Below, piece by piece: positions 37,853-51,075 of a stretch of DNA of 64,000 nt. The DNA is taken from positions 60,884,001 through 60,948,000 of the forward strand of contig OX597833.1 in the NCBI GenBank assembly GCA_951406725.2. Direction: 5' to 3'. How positions within the stretch are numbered: the first letter of the stretch is position 1; the number at the start of each line of letters is the position of its first letter. Origin of the DNA: Octopus vulgaris. Taxonomy: Eukaryota. The notes beneath the pieces were generated by a model, which saw nothing but the letters and a program-made list of their open reading frames with translations, made no database searches and was not told the origin of the DNA. Made by a program: the position numbers and the translations under genes.

Positions 37853-39034
37853 TTAAGGATGAATGATTTCAATTTCATTCTCTACATAACTGAAACTATT
37901 AATTCAAAGAACTATTTACTATTAAAGATAATTTTCTGTTGTACTTTGTTCTCTATTTTATCCTATTCTGATATTTTATGCACACGCACATGTGCACACT
38001 CATACTGTGCCCCACACTAACCCAAGCCCTGTACTAACCATTATGCCCAATTCTTCCTTTCCAGGACATTAATCCTCTAGAAATCCCACCCTTTCAAACT
38101 GAGTTGATGATTGCTGTTCAACCAGTTATCTCTGCCATCAGGTTGAGCTCTTTAAAACTCATAACTACCATTCAAATCACCAATCACAAACAGGTCACTG
38201 TCTCCTTCTCCAAATCAATAATTATCTGTCTCTACAGTCCAGTGAAAGTCATTGTTGTTGATCCTTCTTCTTGAATAAACCATATGTAAAATACATAGAA
38301 ATGCACACTCTCCCGAGGCTTGAACTCCTAAAACTGTATTCTACAACACTGTTATCCACTGTATTTTACATAAAGATGACATCATTTCGGATATATTATC
38401 CACTGTATCCTTATGTAAAGATATCATGTCAGATATATTATCTGCTGTACTATTATATAAAAATCATGTAGGATACAGCAATTAGAACAATGTAATTAGC
38501 AATATATATGACAACATTGGGAATGTCTGATACAGTAGCAGGCCACTCTGAATATGTTAATTATCTCTTTTTATGTTCATAGTAGAAAAATATCATTGAG
38601 GTGGACAAAGTAGATAGCAGTCATATACTGTACCATTCTCTTGTTGACTTGTGCCAATCTTAGAAACAGTTAACCTCCACCAGAGTATTCAGATGTAATC
38701 TCAGAAAATTTTTCATTCCTATTGATGAAAGTGATGTTGGTGGTGATCTTGCAGTGAAGGAAGAAGAGGAGATTGTAAGGGAGTCACTGAAGAATACCCC
38801 CTAATATGGGAATATTTCTGTGGTCGCTCAGCATAACAGAGCCTGTTTACATTAACCCATGCTCTTGTACAAGGGCCTTGAGTATAAAAATGCTATAACA
38901 CAGTGTATATAGAAGCCACAAAAGTTCCTAGTTTGAATCCAGTCTGCTTCTGTAGACATATGCAGGAATAAGAAACTTGATGAGAGATTAGAGCTGAAAC
39001 CGACTGAAACCTTAATGTTTCATCACTTATCATC

Positions 39035-39182
39035 GGAGTGGTTGGCGTTAGGAAGGGCATCCAGCTGTAGAAACACTGCCAGATCAGATTGGAGCCTGGT
39101 GCAGCCTCCTGGCTTCCCAGGCCCCAGTCGAACTGTCCAACCCATGCTAGCATGGAAAGCGGACGTTAAATGATGATGATGA
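39035..39182 (+). mobile_element. Family D repeat
   Basis: ggagtggttggcgttaggaagggcatccagctgtagaaac...ggacgttaaatgatgatgat. Confidence 0.82.
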
Positions 39183-39569
39183 AATAATTATCTTAATTAA
39201 CAGTAGCTCTTTTTTAAGAAGGTGTTGAGTTCAGAACTATAAGTACACTCCTTGATTCTGCAGCTACAGCAGTGAGCTGCACCAACCTGTGGCTCCTGTT
39301 TATAGCTTGCTGGATGCCTGAAGTCTTTGGGAAAAGGCCAGAATAATCCTTAATGTAAACTATTGAAAGTGAATTATCTCAACAACCATTATGGCAAGTA
39401 CAGTTCCCGTGTATGAACCACCATTCAAGCACCACCCTATCACCTCATCTCAGCATATCCCAATGGGCTTGTACTACTTAAGTCTTGGTAAGGATATGGC
39501 AATCCCTCTTGTGCAAATACCATAAGAAAACACACCCTGTCTTTCTCTCGTTTTTCATTTTTTTTTTTT

Positions 39570-39932
39570 TCTTGCTTCAGTCATTGGCTTTCCGCCATGC
39601 TGGATCATCACCTTGAAGGATTTAGCCAAACAAATCAACTCCAGTAATGAATTTTCATAGCTTGGTGCTTGTACTTGTTTCTTGCTGAGCTACTAAGTTA
39701 CAGGGATGTAAACAAACCAGCACCTGTTGTCAAGCAGTGGTGGGACACACACACACATGTATATACACACTGAGCTTCCTTTGGTTTCCATCTTTTGCCA
39801 AATCTACTCACTAGGCTTTGGTTGGCTTTGTGCTGTAGTAGGAGACACCTAAGCTGCCATGCAGTGAGACTGAACCCGGGACCACATCGGTTGGGAAGCA
39901 AGCTTCTCAGCCACACAACCATGCCTGCACCT
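39570..39932 (-). mobile_element. SINE family B, diverged
   Basis: Reverse complement of the B consensus from tail to head (ccacacaaccatgcctgcacct). Confidence 0.72.
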
Positions 39933-40200
39933 AAAATAATAGCCGTAATCAAGTTTTGACCCTTATTTAAGTCTCATCAGTGGTGTTTACAAAAGGTGGA
40001 AGGAAATGAACAAAATTTTCTTTTCTTTCTCAAAATGTCTGTCGTTTTGCTGAAAGGTGAATTTATCTCGGTCACATGACTTGTAACATCATTAAATCGA
40101 AGGTTCATCAGGTGTTATCTCCAGTGAATACCTTATATCAGTGACGTAGTTTATCAACAGAGTGCAGTTAGTACAGAACATGGTGGTTGTTGCTGTTTAA

Positions 40201-40423
40201 CCCTTTCGTTACCAACCTGGCTGAAACTGACTCTGGCTCTGTAGTACAAATGTCTTGTTTTCATAAGTTTTTAATTAAAATCTTCCACACCAAACCCTAG
40301 TCACAATTTATGTTCCTAACACTAGCTGAATGATGACTAAGTTATTTTACTAAATTCTTTGTTATATCTAAAATAATTGGGAGAAACACAGATCATCTCA
40401 AAATAAATACAGTAACGAAAGGG
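40201..40423. mobile_element. MITE family E inserted in a family G repeat
   Basis: TTAA|CCCTTTCGTTAC ... GTAACGAAAGGG|TTAA; G continues at 40428 (cctgattgaacagatctgtgatcaaa). Confidence 0.88.
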
Positions 40424-40779
40424 TTAACCCCTGATTGAACAGATCTGTGATCAAATAAGTTCTAGCTCTGATCATCTTGCCTCTTGTGTTTTTTATGTGC
40501 TGGAAACCCGGGACTACATTAGCCAGTGTTTTTTTTTTTTTTTTACAAGAAGGTAGTGGTGTGTGATTTGTAGGGGCTTTGATTGTTATTTGTAGCATAT
40601 TAGGCAATCTTGATGGCTTGTCATGGGAATATGCTATTTAGTGAAAACTAATAATTAATTAGAGAAAATTGAGGATTGCTGAAACTTTAATGAAATGTAA
40701 CGTTTCAGGGAATTTATTGATGTTGGGGATTTCACACTGAGAAATATTTTTGTTGCTGTGAATTATATCTAAATTTAAC

Positions 40780-41365
40780 ATTTTTAGGGGTTTTTCTGAA
40801 ACTTGTTTGTGCATCTTTTTAGGGGCTTCTCATAACCTGTTCATGCATCTTTTTAAGGTCTCTTTTACAACCTTTATATTTTTAGGGTTTTTTAAACACC
40901 TGATGTTAAGTATTTCTATCTCCTGTTAGTAACATATTTTTAGGGGCTTTCTACCATCTGATTGTACATCTTTTTATAGATTTTTCTGATACTGGCTTGT
41001 TGATATTTTTAGGGACTTCCTACTGTCTGTTTCTAAATCTTGTAGGGATTTTTCTAACACCTTTCTGTACATCTTTTTTGGTGGGGGTGGTGGTGTTCTA
41101 CTACCTGTTTTAGGGGCTTTCAGACACTTGTTTATACATTTTAGGGCCCTTTTTATTGCCTGTTTGTACATTTTTAGGGTCTTTTCTATCACCTGTTTTA
41201 GGATCTTTCAGACACTTGTTTTTATATCTTTTTTTAGGGGCTTTGTAGCACTGATTTGTGCATATTTCTAGGGTCTCTTTTTTATCACCTGTTTGTACAT
41301 CTTTATAGGGATTTTCTACCACCTGTTTATACATTTTTAGGGGTTTTTCTAACATCTGTTTTATT
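40780..41365. repeat. Degenerate ~33-bp minisatellite (TTTTTAGGGG-TTTTCTA-CACCTGTTTGTACATC)
   Basis: Roughly 17 decayed tandem units; explains the K/Q-rich ORFs on the minus strand. Confidence 0.8.
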
Positions 41366-41997
41366 TCTTGAGCCAGTGATGGAACCTCTGGATTGTATAT
41401 TTTTATTTTTAATTTATACAACAAATATTTATACAAAAATATAATATTTATACAAAAAAAATCAGTGTTCCAGCATTGATTCACAGCAGGTCTCCAAAGG
41501 ATTGCCAAACCAATTTGTTGTCTCAGCATAGACACTTGTTGATTCAACAAGGTTTCAATTCTCAATCTTGTTGATTTACAATTTTAGCGCAAGGACATCT
41601 GAATGATGGTGATGATGATAATGTAAAACATTGTTTTTGATTTTTATGAAGGCAAACTGAAAGTTGCTTTGATATGTGTATTGTGAAGGGGATTTTACCC
41701 TATCCTCTCTTCTAGTTGACCTCTTTCCCTATGAGTGGAGGGGTCATTAAATATAAAAATATAATTTAAATCTTTAGAAAATCCATACAAATGTTCCAAC
41801 AGCTTTGAAAAAAATCAAAAATGTTATAATTTTGCTCTACACAAAGAGAATTAATAAAACAAACAATAGTATACTATTTTCCCTTTTTTTTTTTAAACCC
41901 AATTTTTTCAGCTTAAACTTCAGTATTCTTTTGACTTTCCATATGCAGTGTACCTGTAATGTTTTCTTGATGTCCAGTGGGTTGGAGATCAAGGGCT

Positions 41998-43312
41998 GAA
42001 TTTTCTTCAGGTCGAGCAGCCCATCCTGCTCAAAAGGTCTCTGAAGAAGGGTTGTTTAAGGGTGTTGAACAAAACACCCATGTTTCCAGAGGTGAATTAT
42101 CCAAACCCCAAAGAATTCCTCTCAACAAATGGCTATGATGCTTCCCCACTACTTCTGCTCATGATCAGAGATGCACATATCGTCGGGTACCTGCTCAACT
42201 GGTTACGGTCAAACAACTGACAAGCAAATCTGTAGTATTGAGCAGAATATTTTCTGTAGCCCATCCTTATTATTATTATTATTGAGTGAGAGAGCAGTGC
42301 ATGCCATCAGTGACACTGGGGTAAAATATACGAAGCCCAGTATACCCATCATGACTACCCGTCTGATAAGAGTACACTAGGCACATGCACCACAACCATA
42401 TGTGCGCGACATGGTGGTCTCATATCAAGATAAACAGCACATGACCTTGCAGGTGGGGCCCAGTTAGAATTTTATTCTGGTCGAGTAGCCCATCCCGCTC
42501 AAAAGGTCTCTGAACAAGGGTTGTTTAAGTATGTTGAACGAAACACCCATGTTTCCAGAGGTGAATTATTCAAACCCCAAAGAATTCCTCTTAACACATG
42601 GCTATGATGCTTCCCCACTACTTCTGCACATGATCAGAGATGCACATGTCATCAGCTACTAAGGGACCTGCTCAACTGGTTGAGGTCAAACAACTGACAA
42701 GCAAATCTGTGGTATTGAGCAGAATATTTGCTGTAGCCCATCGTTATTATTATTATTATTGAGTGAGAGAGCAGTGCATGCCATTAATGTGACACTGAAG
42801 TAAAATATACGAAGCCCAGTAAACCCGTCATGACTACCTGTCTGATAAGAGTACACCAGGCACATGCATCACAACCATATGTGGCAACATGGTGATCTCA
42901 TATCAAGATAAACAGCACATGACCTTGCAGGTGGGGCCCAGTTAGAATTTTTCTTCTGGTTGAGTAACCCATTCCGCTCAAAAGGTCCCTGAATAAGAGT
43001 TAAGAATGTTGAATGAACCACCCATATTTCCAAAGGTGAATTATCCAAAACCCCAAGAATTCCTTTCAACACACAGCTATGATGCTCCCCCACTACTTCT
43101 GCTCATGATCAGAGATGCACATATCATCAGCCACTAAGGGACATGGTCAACTGGTTATGGTCAAACAACTGACAAGCAAATCTGTGGTATTGAGCAGAAT
43201 ATTTGCTGTAGCCCATCTTTTATACCAATGCAAAATAATGTATATGATAACACTTCGAATCAGTTGAGATCAGAAGGCATGAGAGCCACTTTCTGGGACT
43301 GCATCTGGGCAG
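41998..43312 (-). repeat. ~476-bp tandem element (2.6 units + 95-bp leader), units separated by (AAT)n
   Basis: Unit starts at 42284 and 42761; the GCCCATC junction ends at 42265, 42742 and 43217; (TAT)n at 42267-42283, 42744-42760 and 43314 onward. Confidence 0.9.
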
Positions 43313-44084
43313 TATTATTATTATTTATTAATAATAATGATAATCATTTCTACTAAAGGCATAAGGCCTGAAATTTGGGGTAGGGGTATAGTTGATTACA
43401 TTGATCCCAGTGCGTGACTGATACTTATTTAATCGACCCTGAAAGGAAAATAATAATGCATAGTAGAGTAGATGTTTGGATACCCATGTGTCTCACTCCT
43501 AGCAACACTACTCAGTCAATAAATCTATTGTTAAAGACCATTACAAGTGAGAGGTGTCAGGAACCAACTATCAAACCAAATTCATTATTGAAAACTGTCA
43601 AGACAGTCAAAATATGGCACTGTTTTATCACAAGGCAAGTGTTCCTACATCAAGTATTTTGTTCCAAAATGAAAACTGAGCAGATGTTCAAACAATATTG
43701 AGATGAACAGATGTACATACGGTATTGAGAAGACATAACAATGACAGCTGTGGATTTGAAGTTATCTGCTCAGTAGTTCCAAATGTACAGCAGGAGAGGA
43801 GTGGTTCTTATTTAACCCCAGGTCAACTTTGGTCCTATAGATCGGCTGTCTCCCTCCCCCACAATCACTATATTAGCTAAATATTTAATGTAGGGGTATC
43901 GTATTGTTTCAACCCTCAGAGCTGCTGTAAATCTGTGGATGGGGACCTCAAGGTAAAATCATGCCCAACAGTCTTGAAAAAAGATGGACACATTAGACCA
44001 GTGGTTCTCAACCATGTTTTTACGTTTGGACCCCTTTGATTTCTGTTTTACTTAGGTAAACCCTCATAATCATTCGATGCTTAA

Positions 44085-44647
44085 CCATTTAGCTTTCAAT
44101 TTTTTTTTGTATTGCTTATGTATTCACATGGTTTTGAATTCATCATGGATTATCTTGTGAAGGCGCATGGCTCAGTGGTTAGATCGTCGAGCTTACGATC
44201 GTGAGGTTGTGAGCTCGAATCCTGGCCCAGGCTGCGTGTTGTGTTCTTGAGCAAGACACTTTATTTCACGTTGCTCCAGTCCACTCAGCTGTAGAAATGA
44301 GTTATGACGTCACAGGTGCCAAGCTGTATCGGGCCCCTTTGCCTTTCCCTTGGATAACACTGGTGGCGTGGAGAGGGGAGGCCGGTGTGCATGGGTGACT
44401 ACTGGTCTTCTATAAACAACCTTGCCCGGACTTGTGCCTGGGAGGGTAACTTTCTAGGTGCAATCCTATGGTCTGTGTCGTGACTGAAGGGGGTCTCAGA
44501 TCTCGTAGCATCAGAATTTCAATGGTGTGTTTCTATATTTTTAGAATGACATTGTAGGGTAGGTGTGAGAGGTTGGATCTGATCAGTTTGAACATATGAC
44601 AAATAGGATATTTGGGTCAAATATGACTGGATTAAATGTTTAAAGGA
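44085..44647. mobile_element. MITE family F nested in H
   Basis: TTAA at 44081-44084 and 44648-44651; F internal sequence on both sides of the C SINE. Confidence 0.78.
44157..44497 (+). mobile_element. SINE family C nested in F
   Basis: Highly similar to 2753-3099; flanked by ATCTTGT / ATCTCGT. Confidence 0.87.
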
Positions 44648-46057
44648 TTAAAAAAATTCCTATTATATTTTTATAATTAAATATAATTAGGAAATTGTAT
44701 AAAAAAAATTGTTAGACTATTTTGTGTAGTGTTGAAGTATAATTGATTTACTGCACATAAACTTTTATAGCAAAATCTTACATGGACCCCAGTTGAGAAC
44801 TGCATTAAACAATGGGAGTCCTTTACAAAACAGACAGGATGGTCGCAGCTGGAGCTAATTAATAACAAAATCATTAATTATAATAAAGTTTTGTATCAGT
44901 TGTCTGATGTTTAACCCCAGTTGACTTATGATCACACATGTTCCAGATGTGACTATCCCATCTATTATTCAGATGTAAGTTATGCCTAGGACTATGTTGT
45001 TATTTAATGTACCATGTAACTTTGTATGCTTTGAGGGAGATGTCACAGTTATCTCTAGCAGGTTAAGCCTTGCTATTAAGACAGTTATAGATACGCTAAC
45101 ACAGAACTATTGTTTTATACTTTATGACCCCTTGAAAGTGATACTCATTGTGGGAGTTGAAAACAGAATGCACAGAGACTTAGCTAAATATTGTAAGGTA
45201 TTTTGTCCAACTAAACTGCTTATACCATCCACCCCTTTAAACTGATACCCCCACTGTTAAACTAGTTAAGCTTTCCACCCCAACCTTAAAATTGAGCTCA
45301 TCATTTATTTCTTAGTTAGAAGGGTATGCTAAAGTGTGTGTGTGTGTGTGGTGGGGTCGGCGAAGTAATTAGACTCCTGCCCACCCACCCCACTTCGTTT
45401 CATCAACCACAGATGATGAAAGTTAAATTTGACCCAGGTGATGTCAAAACCTGAACAGGACTAATTAATTGTCAGCCATTTTGTTCATCTTTCTACTAAT
45501 TAAGGCCATTCATTAATAAAGAATAAATTTCGAGGCTGAGCTGACGTGAACCGTCCCCACCCCCTGGCCGTTACCATTTGTCTTATATCATCAGACAACG
45601 GTTATAATGGGTCTTGTCTTACTCTTGTATCCTCCTGTTGTTCAGTATAGTCATTAACTCTGAGTATTCTCATAACCCTCATATATGTGGAGTGAATCTT
45701 CTGTATACTCCTGTAAACTGCTCACTGTATAGCCTTCATCTTCCATATAGAGAGTATAGCCATAACTCAGTTACAGTGGTCATTTTGTATAGTCCTGTCA
45801 ACTACGCCCTATCATAGAGTATATATATATATATTCACCTCAACTCCCTCCCAATGATAATCAACAGTGTCTTCTAAGATTACCTCATCTTATCTCACCT
45901 CTTTACCATTCTTTTTCTCTCTCTCTCTCTCTCACTAGAAAACATTTCATCTTCATATTTCCCTCTTTATTTTATATTTTCTTACAATAAAATCTTGTTT
46001 GCCGACCTCCCTTCTACCTCCCTTTTGTTCAACTTACCTGACATTGTCCCCTCACCT

Positions 46058-46091
<34 letters not shown>

Positions 46092-46161
46092 CTTACCTGG
46101 CAGTCTCACTCTCTCATCAATATATTTTCATGTCAGTATGTCTGTCTGCCTGCTTATCTAT

Positions 46162-46165
46162 CTAT

Positions 46166-46208
<43 letters not shown>

Positions 46209-46279
46209 GTATATATATAAATATATATATATTTATATACAATGTATGTATATATATATATATTTATATACAATGTATG

Positions 46280-46311
<32 letters not shown>

Positions 46312-46510
46312 TATATGTATATACAATGTATGTATATATATATGTATATATATATGTATATATATATATATATTTATACAATGTATGTATATATATATTT
46401 ATATACAATGTATGTATATATATATTTATATACAATGTATGTATATATATATTTATAAACAATGTATATATATATATATACAATCTATGTATGTATATAT
46501 ATATATATAA
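46162..46510. repeat. Compound (TG)n/(TA)n microsatellite with higher-order TATACAATGTATG unit
   Basis: Direct observation. Confidence 0.9.
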
Positions 46511-46839
46511 TATTGTAATTTCTGTCTACTGCCTGCATATGTCTATAATGTGTATATTCTGTGTGTTACATATAAATTGATTTGTGGCTTTTTAAAATAA
46601 TTTAAACATTCCATTCTTTAATTAATGATTGTTCTGGAGGCAGTGGCGATTGTAGTGCTTATTATGGTGGTAGTCTTGGTTTGTGTTAGTAGTGGTAGTA
46701 GTTGTGGTAGTAGTTATGGCAATGATGGCTGTGGTGGTGGTAGTGGAGGTGGTGGTAGCCTTGATTTCTGGTTGCGGTGAATGAATGTTTCTCCCCAAAC
46801 AAAACATTGCTTGTAGAGCCACTAACAAGCAGGTCTTTC

Positions 46840-46881
<42 letters not shown>

Positions 46882-47069
46882 TACACACACACTGACACAC
46901 ACACATTCACATACACACATACAGAGGGTTACTTCGTTATATTTGACCAACACATCATCTTCGTGTCTGTGAACAACCGAAATATCTTCATGTGATTGAA
47001 TTTAAACCATCTTCATCTTTCTGTCTCCCTTCTTGCATCACCCTATCTTAGCTGTGTATATCTGTCTTT

Positions 47070-47532
47070 CTACCTGTTTATGTCTGTCTGTCTATCTGCA
47101 TCTCTCTCATATGTCTCTCTCATATATATATGTATGTCTCCATGTCTGTCTGTCTGTCTGCTTGCCTGCCTGCCTGTCTATCTATCTGTCTCTATCTATC
47201 TGTCTATCTATCAGTCTATCTATCTATCAGTCTATCTGTCTGTCAGTCTATCTGTCTGTCAGTTTATCTGTCTGTCTGTCTGTCTCAGTCTATCTGTCTA
47301 TCAGTCTATCTGTCCAACTGTCTATCAGTCTATCAGTCTATCTGTCTTTCAGTCTATCTGTCTTTCAGTCTATCTGTCTTTCTGTCTGTCTGTCCAACTG
47401 TCTGTCTGTCCAACTGTCTGTCTGTCTGTCTATCAGTCTGTCTGTCTCTGTCTATCTGTCTCTCTGTCTATCTGTCTACGCTGTTGTCTGCCTGTGTGTA
47501 TGTCTCCGTCTACATGTTTCTGTCTGTCTGTC
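47070..47532. repeat. (TCTG/TCTA/TCAG)n tetranucleotide array
   Basis: Direct observation. Confidence 0.9.
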
Positions 47533-47737
47533 TCATTGGCGACCTAGCAATAAACAATGGAATCTCTACGCGATAATTCAACATGTTAGAAATAGTAACC
47601 AAATCTCCATCAACACGCTATTACTACCTTTAAAGTAGAAGGACACCGTTCTAAATGGACACTCTTGGAACACCATTGGTTAGGGCTAGCTTGGAGCTAA
47701 ACAACAAGGAACGAACTTTCAGAAAAGATTTGCTGGG

Positions 47738-48183
47738 TGGTGGGTGGTTAGTTTCGTTGTGTTGAGAGCTGAAAGTTCAATGGTTCAAATTCCAGGTCTG
47801 CCCCGATCCAAAGATGTTCCAGCTATGGCAAACCTGTCTGTGTATGTCATATACTTCTGTGTAATATTCCCTTTCATTTTTGAAAAGACTATTTAATATA
47901 ACTTGAGAGAAAGAGATTTGACTGCTATTTCTAGTAAGATAAGCGACCACGTTGATGGTGGGTGGTTAGTTTCGTTGTGTTGGGAGCTGAAAGTTCAATG
48001 GTTCAAATTCCAGGCCTGCCCCGATCCAAAGATGTTCCAGCTATGGCAAACCTGTCTGTATATATCATATACTTCTGTGTAATATTCCCATTCCCTTCAT
48101 TTTTGAAAAGACAATTTAATATAACTTGAGAGAGAAAGAGATTTTGACTGCTATTTCTAGTAAGATAAGCGACCACGTTGATG
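47738..48183. repeat. Recent ~220-bp tandem duplication (includes a family G remnant)
   Basis: 47738-47955 is repeated at 47956-48183 with few differences. Confidence 0.9.
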
Positions 48184-48599
48184 ATTCCTTGTTGCGGGAA
48201 CATTTTTTTTCTTTCTTTTTGTTTTTTTTTTTAGAGTTGCCTATCATTCCTCCCTCTCTCTCCCCACCTCTGCCACAAAACCAAACAGCCAGCCCAGTTT
48301 TTCCCCTGCCCCACAAAAGAAACTTTTTTTTCTACAGCAGTGAGGGTGTGGTGTCAGTGGTGGAGAGAAGAAGGATCAATTGAAACGTAAACCTAATATT
48401 TAAAAAAAATATATAAAAAAGACCTGGTGGTGGTGGTGGCGGCGGCGGTAGCGATGGTGGTGGTGGTGGTGGTGATAGTACTGGTGATGTTGGTACTGTT
48501 ATGTTATACGTTTCTTTCTCAGCGATCTACCCTCCACACTGAGCGTGTATGAAGGGTCCTGAGGACATAAGTGTAGTGTGTGGTTTAATATACATACAA

Positions 48600-48630
<31 letters not shown>

Positions 48631-48719
48631 CGTGTGTGTGTGTGTGTATAGACGATGTTTCCTCAAAAATTTTGTCGCCATTCTCATCTCCTGCTCCCCC
48701 AGTTTGTCTCTCGCAGTTC

Positions 48720-49225
48720 AGACACACACGTACATATACACACACATCACGCACGTACACACGTACATATACACACACAGCACGCACGTACACACGTACA
48801 TATACACACACAGCACGCACGTATACACGTACATATACACACACATACAGCACGCACATAAACACGTACATATACACACACACACGTACATATACACATA
48901 CAGCGCGTAAATACACACGTACATATACACATACAACGCGTATATACACATGTACATATACACACACAGCACGCACATATACACGTACATATACACACAC
49001 AGCACGCATATACACACGTACATACACACACGCACATATACACACACAGCGCGTATATACACATGTACATATACTCACACAGCACGCACATATACACACA
49101 TCGCGTACATATACACACACATCACGCACATACACACACAGCGCGCATATAAACACGTACGCGCACATACATGCACATTTACACACGTACACCTACACAT
49201 ACGCACATACATACATACACACGTT
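48720..49225. repeat. CpG-containing AC-rich minisatellite (ACACGTACATATACACACACAGCACGC-like)
   Basis: Repeated ~20-33-bp units built from alternating purine-pyrimidine tracts. Confidence 0.88.
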
Positions 49226-50484
49226 TCGTTCTATTTCGTTCGCACACATTACTCTCTCTCTTCCCTTCTACTTTATTTCATACGTCCCCCCCTCTCGTCA
49301 TTATTATTATCATCATCTTTATTATTATTATTATTATTATTCCAACCTCAACTCCTTTTCCCTCCCTTTCTGTGTCCCCCCCCCCCACCACCACCAACCT
49401 ACAACCAAACCGAAAGCAGGAGCTGACGACCGAATATTGATTAATATAGTTGGTCAAAGGTCAGCTACAGATCGACCCCCCCTCCCCTCCCCACGGGCGC
49501 CACTGTCGACTGATTTTAATTATTTTTCAAAATGCAATGGTGTAGTAGTAGTAGTAGTAATAGTAGTCGTGGTGGTGGTGGTAGTAGTTAGTAGTTGTAG
49601 TGTTGTAGTCGTCGTGGTAGTGACCGAGTTACTCATCTAGACTTATTAATGACACATTCTTTATACATATATATATATATATACACACATGTACACTTAC
49701 ATATACAAACATACGCATGTACACATACACACATACGTACGTACGTACATACACACAAACATTTTACGTTAATCTATTATCGAGCAGAACTACGATTAAA
49801 GGCAATCTAACCATAACCACCCCGTCTGCGATCCAAGGTCCTTTTTTTTTTCTTTATTTAAAAAACAAACCCAAAAAAACTGCGAGGAATTTTGGCTGTT
49901 ACTTTTAGCAGGCCGTGCGACCACGTAGAAGCCTTCCTCTCCTTGTTGTGTTGGTTTTCGTATGCTTGTTTTGAGTTTGTGTATTTGCGTGTGTGTGTGT
50001 TTGCGTGTGTGTGTATGTGCGTGTGTGTGTGTTTGTGTGTGTGTGTGTGTACGTGTGTGTGTGTGTGTGTGTGTATGGAGGTGAGTTTTCACTATGTCCC
50101 ACCTTTCTTCCACCCAATTTATGTTGGGAATATTTTTACCAAACACATTTCGGCAACTTAGAGAGAAAACCTGAGATATATATATGCAAAAAACAAAACA
50201 AAAACAAACAAAAAAAATACCCCCAAAACAAAAGAACAAAAACAAAAAAAACCCCGCTTATTGATATGTTTTATTATTTATCATTATTATATTGGTGTTG
50301 TTATTTATTTTATCATTATCTAATTTATCATATATTATTATCATATATTATTATTATTATTATCATTGTTATATATATTTATATATATCTTTCTTTGTTT
50401 GACAATATTCTTTTAAACCATTCACTGCTTGCTTTTCTTCGTTACTTCGTTAGTACAACAAACTGGAGTTTTGAACGGACTGGC

Positions 50485-50535
<51 letters not shown>

Positions 50536-50655
50536 ATATATATATTTACACACACACACACATATATATATATTTACACACACACATATATATATTTACA
50601 CACACACACACATATATATATATTTACACACACACACACACATATATACACACAT

Positions 50656-50687
<32 letters not shown>

Positions 50688-50765
50688 TTACACACACACA
50701 CACACATATATATATTTACACACACACACATATATATTTACACACACACACATATATATATATTT

Positions 50766-50801
<36 letters not shown>

Positions 50802-50831
50802 TTACACACACACACACATATATATATATTT

Positions 50832-50877
<46 letters not shown>

Positions 50878-50910
50878 TATATTTACACACACACACACAC
50901 ACATATATAT
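50485..50910. repeat. Higher-order (AC)n(AT)nTT compound microsatellite
   Basis: The unit TTTACACAC..ACATATAT..A is repeated more than 15 times. Confidence 0.9.
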
Positions 50911-51027
50911 AACGTGTGTGTATAACAAAATTCTCTCATTGCAAACATCCATCTGCACATACATATACACGTAAGTACACATACACATGTAATATATAAG
51001 TACGTGTACACCATACACGTAGAGTTG

Positions 51028-51075
<48 letters not shown>

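Larger units (their letters stand above)
43999..44802. mobile_element. MITE family H (hAT) containing nested F and C elements
   Basis: CAGTGGTTCTCAACC ... GTTGAGAACTG; 8-bp TSD CATTAGAC / CATTAAAC. Confidence 0.8.

Noticed and set aside
38970-39020. TTGATGA...GAAACCG hammerhead-like spacing
   Set aside because: Stem II pairs poorly, and no NUH triplet or stem I complement follows.
40974-41565. Lys-rich repetitive ORFs on the minus strand
   Set aside because: Degenerate ~33-bp minisatellite; the repeat frame is not maintained.
41998-43312. CRISPR-like or hammerhead interpretation of the 476-bp tandem
   Set aside because: There are no unique spacers and the context is eukaryotic; the minus-strand CTGATGA/CTGACGA has no correctly placed GAAA and lies within a simple hairpin.
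46996-47638. S/V/C/L-rich ORFs in all three frames
   Set aside because: (TCTG/TCTA)n tetranucleotide array.
48527-49640. Long ORFs (363 aa +, 221 aa -) rich in T/H/Y/R or V/C
   Set aside because: Translations of the AC/GT minisatellite, which lacks stops in several frames; no domain-like sequence.
49993-50974. 310-aa and overlapping H/T/I/Y ORFs
   Set aside because: Compound (AC)n(AT)n microsatellite artefact.
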